Positions 12,193 through 26,601 of a DNA stretch of 64,000 bases are shown in pieces. The stretch comes from Eledone cirrhosa. Taxonomy: Eukaryota. Every line of letters starts with the position of its first letter. Position 1 is the stretch's first letter. The DNA lies in assembly GCA_964016885.1 (NCBI GenBank), contig OZ024740.1:67146001-67210000 (forward strand), in the 5' to 3' direction. The position numbers were made by a program, and so were the translations under genes. The notes below the pieces were generated by a model. It was not told where the DNA came from. It saw only the letters and a program-made list of their open reading frames with translations, and searched no databases.

Positions 12193-15100
12193 ATGGCTAT
12201 ACTAAGAGTAGGCTGTTTAAATGCGCGTGGCCTGGGCTCAACTTGGAAGCAAGCAATGCTTCTAAATGACCTCAGGTCACAACGTATAGATGTGATGGTT
12301 ATTTGCGAGACCCGGATCAGCAACGTGCGACAGCTGGCCCCCACCTTTGATGACTTTGAGATGCACGCATCTGGGTCTCGCAATACAGATGGTACATTTG
12401 GACCCGGAGGGTCGACTAGTGGTTCTGGACCTTGGCAGTGGTAAAGGCGGAGCGTTTAGGTTGGTAGCCGCCTACGGCCCTTTCGGGTCAATGCGGCCGG
12501 ACTTCTTCCATCGTCTGGAGACTTTTCTAGGGACGTCCCGCTCCTTGCTATTAGTGGGGGACTGGAATGGTATCCTAGATGCACGCTGGGACTACGTAGG
12601 GGCCTGTCCCGATAGAGAGGGGTGTAATAGCCTCAAAGGGTTAATCGGTCGATTTGACCTGGCCGATAGATATCGACTAGATTTTCCGACTGCGCCAACC
12701 TGGACTTGGGCAAATCGTAGCGGAACATCTAGGTCGTACCTAGATAGGTTCTTAGTTAGAATTAAGGATAAGGACTTTTTAAGTTGTCCAAAAATGCGCA
12801 TGGTTGGCTATTCAGACCACAAATTAGTGACCTGCATGGTCAACCTTGACAGAACTCATAGACAGGGACCCGGTTACTGGAAGCTCAACTTGTCCTTACC
12901 GGCAAGTAAGGCTTACAGGAACCGGATTAGCACTTTAGTTAAGGAGTGGTTGACGGGCGCCATCGTCAACAGCAGGTGGTGGGGATCTCTCAAAAGAGAG
13001 AATAGAGTAGTCTCTATAGAATTTAGTAAGGAGTTAGCCTCCAATAGAAATAGGAAGGAAAGGGAGTTGGTAGATAGTGTAGAAGAGGCAATTAGAAGCG
13101 GCGACGTGGCCAGAGTGCTAGCGTCGAGAACGGCCCTGGGCCAGTTCTTCGACGCGAAACACGAAGGCTGCATCGTCCGAAGCAAAATACGTGCTCTGGG
13201 AAACGAGGGGACCAAAGCTGTTAGCTGGGCCCGCGTGACAGAAGCCAAAAGAGGGAGCAGATCCACTATCCGGTCTTTGCGAGACCAGGTTGGACGGGTG
13301 ATCCTTGAACCTCAGCAGATGTGCGAGGCTTTTCAAAAGCACTTTGCCGAATTGTTCGGAAAGGGCGGGGGGCCGGTTGGGACGTGGACTTCGGTCCATA
13401 CCTCGACGGCCTGCCGCGTCTCTCGGACAGGGAGGCGAAGTCCTGCGAGGAGCCGATTTCAGCCGCTGAGATAGAGGACGTGCTGAGCCAATGCGGCAAA
13501 CGCAAATCCCCGGGGCTCGATGGTCTTCCATACGAACTATATCTAGCTATGCCGGACTTGTTCCCCGAACTCCTCGAGGCGGTCTACTGCAACTGGCGAC
13601 AGAACGGGAGTATTCCCTGTGCTGTGACCAAGGGCGTAGTCACGCTAGTGAGGAAGGACGAGAACAAGGGGGACGATATAAATAATTTCAGGCCCATAAC
13701 TCTGATAAATACAGATTTTGGCCAAAGTGCTAGCAAAGAGGTTGGCGCTTGTCGTGGGCAACCTGGTGGGAGATGCGCAGACATGTGCTATCCCGTCCAG
13801 GTCCATCCACGGTAACCTCCACCTCATGCGATACATCATAGAGAGGGTTGGGAACGAACCCGGCTTTGGTGGGGCCCTGATCAACTTGGATCAATCTAAG
13901 GCATTCGATAGGGTCGACCATGGTTACCTGGATGCGGTGCTAGCGGCGGCAGGCTTCGGACCCGTTTTCAGGGGCTGGATCAATGCCATGTACAGCAGCC
14001 GCATCTGCTCTAGGGTCAAGGTGAACGGCTACCTCTCGGAGCCGTTCGAAATCGCGCGGTCCATCCGACAGGGGTGCCCTCTCTCCTCCCTTCTGTACGT
14101 AGTGACTCTAGAGCCACTGCTGCGGAAGTTGGAGTTGTTGCAGGGCATCCCGTTGGAACCGGGATTGCGGAAAGCGGTGTCAGCCTACGCCGATGACGTA
14201 ACAGCAATGGTGTTGACAGCCTCGGAAATCGGGGCGATCGGCACCTTACTGGAGGAGTACGGAAGGTTTACAGGGGCTAAGCTGAACCGGGACAAGTCGA
14301 TCGGTCTGCAACTCGGCACGTGGAGGGGCAGATCGATGCCCTCCGATGGCGTCGTCGGGCGCTGGACGGAGGGCCCGGTGAAATTGCTCGGGGTCTGGTT
14401 CGGACCAGACCCCCAGGTGGAGAAGAACTGGGGTGAGGTGACGAGCAGGGTGTTTGCACTGACCCAGAAGTGGGCCGAGTGCAAACTGTCACTGAAAGGT
14501 CGGGCGGAGGTGGCGAACACTTATATAGCGTCCGTCATCTACTACCGCCTGACCGTGGTGCCTTGCCCAAGGGAAACCCTCGCCAAAATGGAGCGCGCAC
14601 TCTTCCAATTCCTTTAGAAGAAGCGGGCTCCTATGGTGAGGAGATCCATCTGCTGTCAACACCCTTCGAAAGGAGGGCTGGGGATGCCGTGGCTGATGAT
14701 ACGTAAACACGCATAAAGGCTACGGCACCTTTAGGTATTCCTCTCCGGTCAACCGGTGTGGGCCCCGTTTGTGAGGCGAGCCTTTCCCAGACTCGTCTCA
14801 CTCACCGAGCTGCAATCCTGGGTCAAGCAAAGACCGAGAAAACTGGGCGTCTGGCACACCGAGTGTGCCCAGGCGCTCACGGCTCTCTGGCAGGCGGACC
14901 CGGCTGTCAGTGGAGAATCCACCTCGTCATTCTCTAGAGGGCTGGTGGTTAGCAGGTGCGACGACGCCCTCAGAGAAGCCCTAGGCATGGAGGAAGACGA
15001 ACTGGCCAACCTGTTCGGTAGGACATTCAGCCCGGGACCCATGGATAACTTCCAGAGGTCCCTGGCCTGGCAATGCTACAGAAGGGCTCTGCCCGTTCGA

Positions 15101-15568
15101 GAAAGGCTCTACAGACACGGGCGCCCGGGTAGGGACCCATCGAAAAAGGTCTGTCCCAGATGCGTGTGCGACGAGGAAACCGTTGCACACGCATTGGTAC
15201 ACTGCTCGGGCATTGCCGATCTGTGGGGCTATGTCGAACAACTGCTGTCAAGGGTGGGACCGATCCGGTTGACCACCGAGTCTATTGTAACGATCAAGCC
15301 GCCTCCCCTCTTCAAAAACGAAGGAGAGGTGGTGTTTCTGTGCGTAATAGCCATGGCGAAAGAGGTTGTATGGTGGACGCGTCTGAAAGGACTGAGGTCA
15401 GACACCTTTCTCTCTGGCCAACAACTGCTCCGTTTCTTCCGATATCATTTCGGAAGAAGGATCAGGATGGAGAGAGAGGTGCTGCACCCCAGCCGTTTCT
15501 ATGAAAGATGGGTGAAAGTGGCGAGAATGGCCCGTGTGAATGGGCCTTCACTGTACATCAGACTATAG
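12193..15568 (+). pseudogene. Tx1 ORF2 (APE endonuclease, reverse transcriptase, C-terminal zinc finger), disrupted
   Basis: LNARGL, GDWN, YLDRF, SDHK, KSPGLDG, FRPITL, LDQSKAFDRV, RQGCPLS, YADD and CPRCxxxxETxxHxxxxC. Several frameshifts and stops. Confidence 0.92.
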
Positions 15569-15833
15569 GTGAGGAAGATGAAAGACCAAGGGAGCACCCC
15601 TTCTCTGTGCTCCTGGGGAGAAGGGTTGCACACTTTTTTCGGGGGTGTGTGCGACCCCCCAAGGCGCCTCCTCTCTATTGAGGACTTTGTTATAAATTTT
15701 ATTTTTTGTTATATTTTATTTTATTTTTATATATTGTTATTGCCTCCTCCTTATTGAGGACGCCTTGTTTTGTAAAATCCCCCCATTGTACTTGTCCCAC
15801 TTTTGATGCCCTGGTGGCAAATAAAGGAAACAT

Positions 15834-15836
15834 ATC

Positions 15837-15903
<67 letters not shown>

Positions 15904-15945
15904 TTATCTATCTATCAATCTATCTATCTATCTATCTATCATATA
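15834..15945. repeat. (TATC)n microsatellite / LINE tail
   Basis: Directly visible. Confidence 0.95.
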
Positions 15946-15956
15946 TATAAAAGGTA

Positions 15957-16033
<77 letters not shown>

Positions 16034-16094
16034 GCGGTGCCCCAGCATGGCCTCAGCCGGATAGCTGAAACAGGTAAAAGAGTAAAAGAGTAAA

Positions 16095-16288
16095 TATAAC
16101 AAAGGAATTGTGGTAAGGAATCAGATGGACCATAACGCACCAGAGTACACAATACTTAGGGTAGTAGAGTGGGAAATAGGAAAAAGTATGACCCCGACGG
16201 CAGAGCTCAAGCCGTTTCAACGGATATTTCTGGAGTCCAGATATAGCCGTCGAAATGGCTTGAGCTCTACCGTCAGGGTCATACTTTT

Positions 16289-16293
<5 letters not shown>
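16095..16293 (-). mobile_element. Foldback element with half-hammerhead (family copy 1)
   Basis: ~125-bp palindrome plus an ~80-bp tail, homologous to copies at 41880, 60640 and 63400. Confidence 0.75.
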
Positions 16294-16359
<66 letters not shown>

Positions 16360-17364
16360 CATGCATACATCCATACATATATATGTATATATATGATATG
16401 AATGCAAATATATATATGATATGAGGCCAAGTAACACAATGCTCAAGTGAGCTTTTTAAGTACATATTAACATTTCGTACACTTAACATTTATGCGTGAC
16501 CTTTGGTTTTGGTGTCCAGTCATAGCCACCGCTATATAATGGAGGAGCCGATCTAAAACTGATTACATCACGAAATATAACCATTTAAATATAAACCATT
16601 ACATCACAAAATATAATCATATTTTGTTCCTCAAGAACAAGGTGGTATCACTCAAAAGAAATCCTAAAATTTCCTAAATTATAATGCTACAGCACTGCTT
16701 GCTTTATATGGAAATGTATGTAGAATATGTACGTTACTTAAGTTGTAAGATATTAAAATAAAAATGTTAAAAGGCCTTAAAGGAGCTCGGTACAATTCGG
16801 AAAGCCTTGTATATTGGAAACTGTTCATCCGTAAAAAAACTATAGGATGTAATTCTTTCTTGGAAATGGAGGTAGGGTGGGTGGTGAGCTGGACGAATTA
16901 TTTCTCCTCCTATGCGCATAATGAAGGTTGTATGAGCATGTTTGAATAGAAATATATGTGTTACCTAGTGTGTAATGTATTTTGTAAAACTTAAACCGCT
17001 TCTAAGAGCTTCTAAAAACATAGAATCTGAACAATAAAAAAGCTACGAATTGCTTTTCTGTTAGCTAGTGTATAATGTAATTTTGTAAGAGTTAAACCGA
17101 CTTTTATAAAAAAATGTTTCAAACAATTTTCTCTCAAAATTAAAACGTGAACGCTCAAAAATAGGAGGGACCTCGTGATGTGGAGTATATATATTGTGTG
17201 CGTGTCTGCGTGTTTGTGTACGCACGTATGTGTGCGTGCGTGTGTGTGTGTATGTTTGTGTTGTGTATGCTTGGGGAGCTGTTATGTGTATCTCTTTTGT
17301 GAGAAAAGTAGGGCCATGTAGTATTTAACAGGTCTGGCGAGGAGGCACTGTTGGGATGTATATA

Positions 17365-17427
<63 letters not shown>

Positions 17428-17661
17428 GTATATATATATATGTATATATATATGTATATTTATATGTATATATATATACATTTATATTTTATAGTTGAAA
17501 CAGTAAACAAAAAAACAACGTGGAAGCGAAGAGGCAGTACAAGTGTTAATATTAGTTTCTCGCATTTTAACTTTTAATATCCTATTACTGGTTTCATTCT
17601 TTAGACAGAAGCATGTTAATTCACAAGCGCACGCACATACACATACACATATCTAATTCTA

Positions 17662-17755
<94 letters not shown>

Positions 17756-17960
17756 GGGAAAACTACAGACCCTCCTTCTCAACTCTACTTTTGAAAAGCA
17801 GAAGAACTGCGAAGCCGGTAAAGGAACCAAATAAATATATATATTTTTTAAAAAATAAGACGCATTTGCATTTTCGATTTCATCTTGTTTTCTTTATATT
17901 TTCTCTCGTGTAGGACGCCTCGGTTATTTTTCATTTTGTAAAAATAACCCTCACTTTCTA

Positions 17961-18009
<49 letters not shown>

Positions 18010-18029
18010 TATATAGATATATAAAAGTA

Positions 18030-18492
18030 TGTACAGTTATATACATATATGTATACAGACGTACAGTAGTATGTATATATATATATACATACATGCACAT
18101 ATATATATATGTACGTATGGATTCACGGAACATTTATTATAATGCTCGGTGTGTTTGTAAACAAACATCCCGAATTAAGCCGTACAGTGTTTAGCAACCA
18201 TCGTTACTCATTTGTTCAACACTGACAAAGGAACGCTGTACTAGTTTCAAGCTTATTAGCTATCGTCAGCAACGTATACCTTCCTGCCAGATGATTGAAC
18301 GTTTGAAAGTATATACTTTCCTTATGCATATTAATCCATACGTACCTATATATATGTGTGCATGTATGTATATATATATACATACTACTGTACGTCTGTA
18401 TACATATATGTATGTACGTGTACATACTTATATTTAAGTAACAGCCGTACTAAGAGTGAGAAATGAAATTTCGTTTCATTTTTTCCGTTTAT
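18030..18492. repeat. Dispersed repeat with internal inversion (same family as 61548-62090)
   Basis: Shared CAACCATCG...TTCAACACTGACA...TTCAAGCTTATTAGCTATCGTCAGCA. The CAGCCGTACTAAGAGTGAGAAATGAAAT segment is inverted relative to 61560. Confidence 0.65.
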
Positions 18493-19938
18493 ATATATAT
18501 ATATACGCACACACATATATTATGGGTGTATTTATAATATACATACTTATATTTCTGTATTAAAGATATTTCGTATTTTCTTTTTCATTTAGTCCTTCTT
18601 CATATTTGGGGTGAATCAACGTCTCAGGTTCATTCACGTTTCCTGATTTTCCAGATCTCATTTTAGTGGCGAGAGTTATTGTTCAATTATAGACGAATCA
18701 TTTAGAATAATGTTGTGTCTGTTATTTATTATTTAACAATTTTATATTATTTTTTTACTTATTGCCGCCACTTTCCCTTCAGTAATCGGATGATATTGTA
18801 ACTGGTATTATATGTATTTCGATGTTCTTGTTGCTGCAACGGCGGATTAGCAGAGTTGTTAGAAACACTGTTTATCATTTCAGTATTTACATTAATCTGT
18901 ATGTACTAGCATATTTTAACAGTAAAGGCATTATCTTACATAATAGTTCACATAATTTCGAATCTATGAGATTTTGATATTATTTATTTTGAGAACAATA
19001 AGTTAACATCATTATGAGTGGCTGATTCCAGCCGGTTGAACAGAAAAATGTGAGAGAATTCTGGTTTGATATAGCCGGCTTAAGTGCTGAAGTGTTAAAT
19101 ATCTCCGTATATATTCCAGCACTCTTCGCTCTGTGTTCATATAATCCTGTGTTCAAAGTCAATGAATAAGGTACAAGTCCTGGGATGATGGAATAGTAGA
19201 ATTGTTAAAAGTTTGGATAATATATTTTCCTGTATTTGTTCCGGTTCCGCCTTTGCTAAGATTTGCTATCGACAGATAGTATCAGTAATAAAAAGATCAG
19301 CAACGTTTTATTGGTTCGATTTGTGTTCAGGCAAATCATTTGTAAAACTAATTCCAGCATTAACCATCTAATACTTTTTTTTTCCTTCAGTGTAATTTGG
19401 ACTATATTAAACAATGTATCCTTTCTTTTAAGACAATAAAGTGTGATTTTAGAGGAACTTCAGAGCTATTTCAACCAGGCTGATTGATCGTATAGAAACC
19501 TCGTTGCTCGCTTTGTCTGATGTATTTGTTCTATTTTTTTATTTATTTATTTATATATTTTGTTAAGGTGTAAAGTGTATGCGTTCAATTTTTCACGATA
19601 TATTTTCTATTAAAAGATCTTCAATGACTAGTATACTCATTTATTTTGATTTAATTTTGTTTCAATTTTGTATGAAATAATTGTATTAACTAAAATATTT
19701 GTTGTATTCGTTGTTTTGTTTGTTTTTTTTTATACATATTTTTCTAGAAACTCAATTCCATTTTGTAGTTTACAATATAATGTATTTCAATAGAGAGATA
19801 AGGTAAAAATCCTATGTCCAATGTAACAATTAGTGTCATGAAGTTCACAACTTTAATGTTTGCATATGAATTTAGAAAGTACATTAATCATCTAGATTAT
19901 TCAGCGGCCTGCTGACTTGCTGTTTGCTTTTAATGGGG

Positions 19939-19979
<41 letters not shown>

Positions 19980-20946
19980 ATATAATTGTGTGAGTATATA
20001 CATATATTTATATATATAGTAAAATAATATATATATATATATATATCATGTACTATAATGTATTATATTACATTATATTATATTCATTTTGCAGTTTGTA
20101 ATGTTTTATTAATACGAATTTATCATTTATTGGTTGTATTAATAACTAGTCTGTTGTTTCTGTGTATGTTTAGATAACTTGTGGAAATAATCAAGTACCA
20201 TCCGGTTCAACCCCAGTATGATTTTATTTTATTTTGTTTTGTTTTGGTGTGTCTCATTTTGCTTTTTGCTTTACTGCATTTGTTTTATTCATTAAGATTA
20301 GTTAGTAATAACTTGTATTGTTGTATAATTCAGTCGACTAAATTACATCCATTGTTGCATAATTTACACTACTAAATTATTTGTATATATACACAGTTAT
20401 AGTCTAGACATTGTTTTATTCCATCGATTACGTTTTGCAGTGATTTAATTGTGTATGAGAATCAAAAGGGCTCCTCTCATAGAGTATTGTATAGTTTTGT
20501 CTGAAGAAGAGTACAATAAGAATAATTGCTCTGTCTGGGAAGTGAAGAATCTAAGGTTTAGAGCACATGTGCATAATCTAAGTTTACTCATACAGACAAA
20601 TGCCTTGGTGTTTCTGTTGTTTGACACAATCTCACAACAGCGTGGGAGTTAAAACAATATTATTGTACATTCATAAAATGTAAATCATTTTAATTATGAG
20701 CTTTCAGAATTTCTTTACAGTCGTATGATACACTTTATCCAATGCTTTTTAAAATCCTTTTTAAGACAGTAAGCAAATTTAGATTGAGATTTTAGCCTGT
20801 ATTTGATCAATCGGAATCAGAGAATTTCTCGTTGGATGAAACATACGTACAAACATACATACATAAATTCATACATACACACGCACATACATACATACAT
20901 ACATACATACATACATACATACATACATACATACATACATACATAC

Positions 20947-21355
20947 ATGGTGGCTGCCAACTCGTTTTCGAGTACGGCCACTACTTTATATCCATGTAGG
21001 AGAACCCCTACCGATGCGCTGAACGAGTGTGACTTTTTAGTCCAGCCAGCGACTTGAAAACTCTGGTACAAACACTACACTTGTGACAATTACTGACACA
21101 TAGTGCTGGGCCCATGGTACCATGTGACGACAAGTGCAGAGAGATCTCCAGATACAAAGCAATGCCTGTGCCGTGAAGCTTTTATAGTGAGCAAAGGCAC
21201 TGCACAAAGCCAGTCCCACTCTCTTAACCAAGATGATATTTACCAAAAAGAAGAACAAGTCAACATCATTGGATACCATCAGGGTTGCAGGTGTTATATC
21301 AGAGTTTTCCTTCTCCTAGAATTCTGCCTTGACAAAGGCTAAGGGGTCATCTCTC
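20947..21355 (-). mobile_element. Non-autonomous retroelement (probably RTE-derived), inserted in (TACA)n
   Basis: Highly similar to 44703-45110 and to the reverse complement of 45812-46155. Strand inferred from the longer copy. Confidence 0.6.
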
Positions 21356-21619
21356 ATACATACATACATACATACATACATACATACATACATACATACA
21401 TACATACATACATACATACATACATACATACATACATACATACATACATACATACATAGTTTATACAGCCGTAATTAAATTATGAAACCTTACTGAAGAG
21501 AGACCCCAGTACTCCAACGTAGAATAGAACAGTAAAATGGTAAATTAATGTACTGAATGACCCATATGACCTATCCTTATATCATTTCCTTATAGTATTG
21601 TAGTATTGTATTTCATGCC

Positions 21620-21682
<63 letters not shown>

Positions 21683-21826
21683 ACAAATGTACATATATGT
21701 GTACATACATATGTGCATGATTGTGCTACTTAGTAAAGCACTGAAATAGCAGATTCTTTTTACCATCTGATGCCCGAGCTCTTTAGTGAAGTGTTTCTGA
21801 AACATCTCATTCAGATTGCTAATAAT

Positions 21827-22007
21827 TGTTTCTACTTTTGGCACAAGGCCATCAATTACCCAGTGCATTACTGGTACTTTATTTTATCGACCCCGTAAGG
21901 ATGAAAGGCAAAGTTAACCTCGGTGGGATTTGAACTCAGACCGAAAGGGACGTAACTATGCTGGAAAGCATGGCGTCCGACCCTCTACCGATACTGCCAA
22001 GCCACCA
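21827..22007 (-). mobile_element. tRNA-derived CORE-type SINE (octopus OR-like) with 20-bp target site duplication
   Basis: B-box GAGTTCAAATCC and TTTGCCTTTCATCCTTACGGGGTCGATAAAAT. TSD TCATTCAGATTGCTAATAAT at 21807-21826 and 22008-22027. Confidence 0.85.
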
Positions 22008-22101
22008 TCATTCAGATTGCTAATAATGATAGTTATTATTATTTCTTTTTAAAAATAATAATAATAATAATAATGATTATATATATATATATATATATAC
22101 A

Positions 22102-23060
22102 CAAAATTAAGATAATCAAAATTATGGATGTCATGCCAGGAAGACATGCGCCTTATCACCCGCAAAACAAGATCTAAGATTCTAATGAATATGTCCGAGC
22201 ATTTTATAATAACTAGAAATTGATTAACATATAAATAAACATGAATAATCACAGGAGATAATTTTTACAAGTGTGTAAGCAGACATAGCTAGGTAGGTAA
22301 CTAAATAAATTTAACCAGAACTTCAAAAATAGATACCTTATAATATGATTAATCTTCCCTGTATATATTCCATTAAAGAAATATATTTCACCAATTAATC
22401 GAATGATACACCATGGAGGCCGGTACTTGGATTTTCAACAAGGAAGAAGTCCAGCTATCTATGTTTACACTTCAAGTTCAAATCAGCGACTGGCCAGGAA
22501 CACGTGCTGTATCTACTAGAAATACACACATCATGCCAGCTTCGTCACAGTGGCGTGAATAGGGTTATCGACAACTAGAAACAGCAGCAGTCAAATCCTT
22601 TCAACAGAGTTAGCTCTACAATTAAGGAGCCGTATGTATATATCTATATCCAAAATTAAGATAATCAAAATTATGGGTGTCCTGCCAGAAAGACATGCAC
22701 CATGTCATCCGCAAAATAAGCTCTAAGATTCTAATGAATAGGTCCGAGCATTTTATAACTAGAAATTGATTAACATATAAATAAACATGAATAATCACAG
22801 GAGATAATTTTTACAAGTGTGTAAGCACACATAGCTAGGTAGGTAACTAAATAAAGTTAACCAGAACTTCAAAAATAGATACCTTATAATATGATTAATC
22901 TTCCCTGTATATATTCCATTAAAGAAATATATTTCACCAATTAATCGAATGGTAAACCATTGAGGCCGGTACTTGGATTTTCAACAAGGAAGAAGTCCAG
23001 CTATCTATGTTTACACTTCAAGTTCAAATCAGCGACTGGCCAGCAACACGTGCTGTATCT
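22102..23060 (+). repeat. Tandem ~549-bp unit, 1.7 copies
   Basis: CAAAATTAAGATAATCAAAATTATGG at 22102 and 22651. A related copy lies at 62780-63246. Confidence 0.85.
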
Positions 23061-23726
23061 TGGTTGGACAATAAGTATAATAAATTTCGCGCCAGATCGC
23101 ATTACAAAGTTCTTCAAACAAGGGGGTGGGGGGCTCAGGTTGGTTTTTCATATATGAGTGTTTGAATTTCTTTTTACTTAATATAAAGGGGCTCAAAAAG
23201 GCTTTTTTTTTTATAAATGTAATTTGATTGGTTCTAAATGAAATTATGGCAGTCACGTGAACAAGTTCATTAAATCTCGCGCCCGTATTTGGGAATTTAT
23301 TTTGTAGCCTTTTAGAGACTTTTATGACAAACAAAATATAATCGTCAAGATAAATGAGATGGGAGAATTGTTCTGGTTCAGTGAATATGACTGGTTCGCT
23401 GGGGTGTCAGAATTCAGATTTTCTATTCAAATAAAGAAAGTAAAGATATGTATGTTTTTTTGTGTGTTTATGTGTGTATGTGTGTGTGTGTAGGAAGATG
23501 ATTCTATTAGTAGAAATGGGGGAGGGAGTTCTGTGTGTGTATATGGGTGTTATGTGTGTGGGGGGGGAGTATGTTAAGATGGAGAGAATATACATATTTG
23601 GTGTGTGTGTGATTCTATTAGTAGAAATGGGGGAGGGAGTTGTGAGTGGGGGGGGTGTTATGTGTGTGTGGGAGTATGGTTAGCATGTTAAGATGAAGAG
23701 AATATATATATATATATATATATATT

Positions 23727-23790
<64 letters not shown>

Positions 23791-23983
23791 GAAAATGATT
23801 CCGTTAGTAGGAATACTTTTTAATGAACATATTTTCCTTACTTATTCGTATTTTTTTGCTGTATTGTCAGCAAACACGTATGTTAAGGTTTATTAAGTTC
23901 GGGTTTTTATTTTCTAAAGTAGAAGGTGTTATGTCTGTCTGCGTTTAGATGGTTACCATGTTATGGTGTTGAAATAATGTATA

Positions 23984-24628
23984 TTAAACCATATTTAATG
24001 GTGGTCTATATTTTTGAATAAACATATTTTCCTTATTTATTCGTATTTGTTCTGTTATATTGTCAGCGCAAAGGTAAAATGGGAATACTTGGAATTTGGG
24101 TATCTTATTACTTGCGCATATGTCTAAATATGCGCTTAGTGGTATCTGTCTCGTGGTTGGATCTCGTAATTGTTGGCGATGAACTGTCATTCTGTTTCTG
24201 AGTGTGAGTTTAGTTTGTCCTATATAATCTTCATTGCATCCTTTACATTTAATTGCATAAATTAGATTTTTTGATGAGCAAGTGAAGTGATTTTTTACAG
24301 CAAAATGTTGTCCTCATTTAAATGTATACGTGTTGCCTTCAATGAGGTGAGTGCAGGTTCCACAATTAGAGCGACCTCATTTTTTGACAGTTGGTTGTGG
24401 ATTTGTGGTAGGTAATTTGGCATTGGTGAGTAATGTTTTCAGTGATTTCGGTTGTCTTTTGCTTTTGATTATTTTGTGTGTTTCAAGGGCTTTTTTCATT
24501 ATTGGGTCTTGTTTCAGTAGTGGGATGTTCTTGTGAATAGTAAGCTTCCGCATTTCTTGGGTTGTTTGTTGAGATATATGATAGAATATTGGACGTACCT
24601 TGAATTGATAATGCTCCGATGATTCCAA
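23984..24628 (-). pseudogene. PLE GIY-YIG region fragment (related to 4064-4390)
   Basis: KSKRQPKSLK, Cys-rich linker, NLIYAIKCKGCNEDYIGQT...RMTVHRQ...KENMFIQKYRPPLN. A terminal sequence shared with 2827 occurs at 24952-25135. Confidence 0.75.
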
Positions 24629-24699
24629 ACGAGAGTTTGGAAGAAACGATTGTCAGCTATTAAATGATTTGAACACAACTTTGATAATTGTCTAATTTA

Positions 24700-24799
<100 letters not shown>

Positions 24800-25999
24800 C
24801 ACGTGTGTGCGTGTCTCTGTGTGTGCGTGTGTTTGTATGTCTACGTATGTATATAGACATATATTCATACATACGTAGAGATAAAAACACACGCACACAC
24901 ACAGACACACACACACACACACACACATGTATATACATATATATATATATATTGGTAAACGGAAAAGAAAATGGTGACAAATTGTTCACAGTGAAAAATA
25001 GTTTAATTAGGAATAAGTGAGAATTAGTAATAGTATTGGTTTTATTCAGTTTTGGTTTTAAGTTTTACCGGTTGCGCATTTCTAATGCTTTTCAAAAATA
25101 ATTTTGAGATAGAGCGTCCGTGATGTTTGCTCTAATATATATATATACATATATATATATATTCTATATATATAAATATACATGTGAGTGCTTGTGTCTG
25201 TGTGTTTGCGTGTGTTTTTATGTCTACGTATGTATGAATATATGTCTATATATATATATACATGCGTGTATCGCTGTGTATGTATACTTACATATTAATA
25301 TATAAATATATTATATGAATATATCTTTATATCTTTCTTTCTTTATCCGGTAACTCCTGAGGGCACCGCAAGGGTGCCATATTGACATATATCTGAAGCC
25401 ACACATACAAACATACACTTGCGATCGAACTAATGTCATTTAGATCCTTTTTATGAATAGAAACATTAGTTTCTATATAAACCAAGAGAAGTCACTAGTG
25501 AATCCATTGAATCCTGACCTGTTGAACACCACTTCCACCATAACCACAAAATACATATCAGGAAACATTTTGACAGAAATTTGATATATGTTCTAACTTC
25601 CAACAGATTTTATGAACTAATGTTTTAATATTTGATAAATTAACATAACAATCGAAACCGGTAATATTTGACAAAGTTTAAATCGATTAGATCTAACATT
25701 GAAAAAAAGAATATTTATTCTGTCGGATTACACAAAGAACATGTTAAATGTACACTTCTGCTTTTTAATTTTATTTATAAATATAAACACTTACATACAT
25801 ATGGATAAACATATTTGATACTACCGTCGGTCTAGTCATATGATAGTCCAAGAGCTATGCTTAATTATTAAATGTTTAATGCTGTCTATGTTAGTTATAA
25901 TGAAAGCTTAATCCACAAAATGATTTGTTGACAGGTCCACAGTGGCTGGCATGAACGATCGAGACATTATCTTCGCTATAATTTCTTTAAGATGATCTA

Positions 26000-26400
26000 A
26001 ATGATTTATTTCTTAGATTCTTATGTCTTTGTAGCTAGTTAGTCTTCCTTTCTTGCAAATCTATTTTTCAAATGTTTTTGGGGGAACCTTTAAAGTTTTT
26101 AGATATATTTTGAGCTTGTTCGTGAAATTCATCCATGGTGTTCCTACATTTCTTCTTCTATCATGCATCTGGCTATACATGAGTACTTTTGAAGTCCAAT
26201 CGTCACTCATTCAGACGATATGACAAGCCCATCTTAAATGAGATTGCAAAACAAAGAAGGCAATATCATCTGCTTTATAGTTTTAGAGAATAAATCAATA
26301 TTCGATATTCGTTCACTTACGCTAAATCCATAACAGGTTCGAAGACATACAGCTGGTTAAGATATTATCGAAAGGAGACCCAATATTCTGACCTTTTCAG
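26000..26400 (-). pseudogene. Highly decayed RTE-like LINE fragment
   Basis: Minus strand LQSHLRWACHIV...SDDWTSKVL-like segment. Confidence 0.35.
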
Positions 26401-26538
26401 GTGAGTGTAAAGACAAATTATTGTTTGATATTAATATGTTTGTTTGTGTGTAGGTATGTAAGTATGTATTTCTATGTATGTATGCATGTATGTATCTATG
26501 TATGTATGTATATATGTATGTATGTATGTATGTATGAA

Positions 26539-26601
<63 letters not shown>

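Larger units (their letters stand above)
10160..15835 (+). mobile_element. Near full-length Tx1/L1-clade non-LTR retrotransposon in (TATC)n
   Basis: ORF1 with CCHC knuckle, ORF2 with APE, RT and zinc finger, AATAAA near 15820, and (TCTA)n at both flanks. Confidence 0.9.

Noticed and set aside
18600-19500. Possible host exon in unique-looking sequence
   Set aside because: The frames checked contain stops, and no convincing splice pair or domain was found.
21827-22007. tRNA gene
   Set aside because: A/B boxes are followed by a SINE body and flanked by a TSD; no full cloverleaf.
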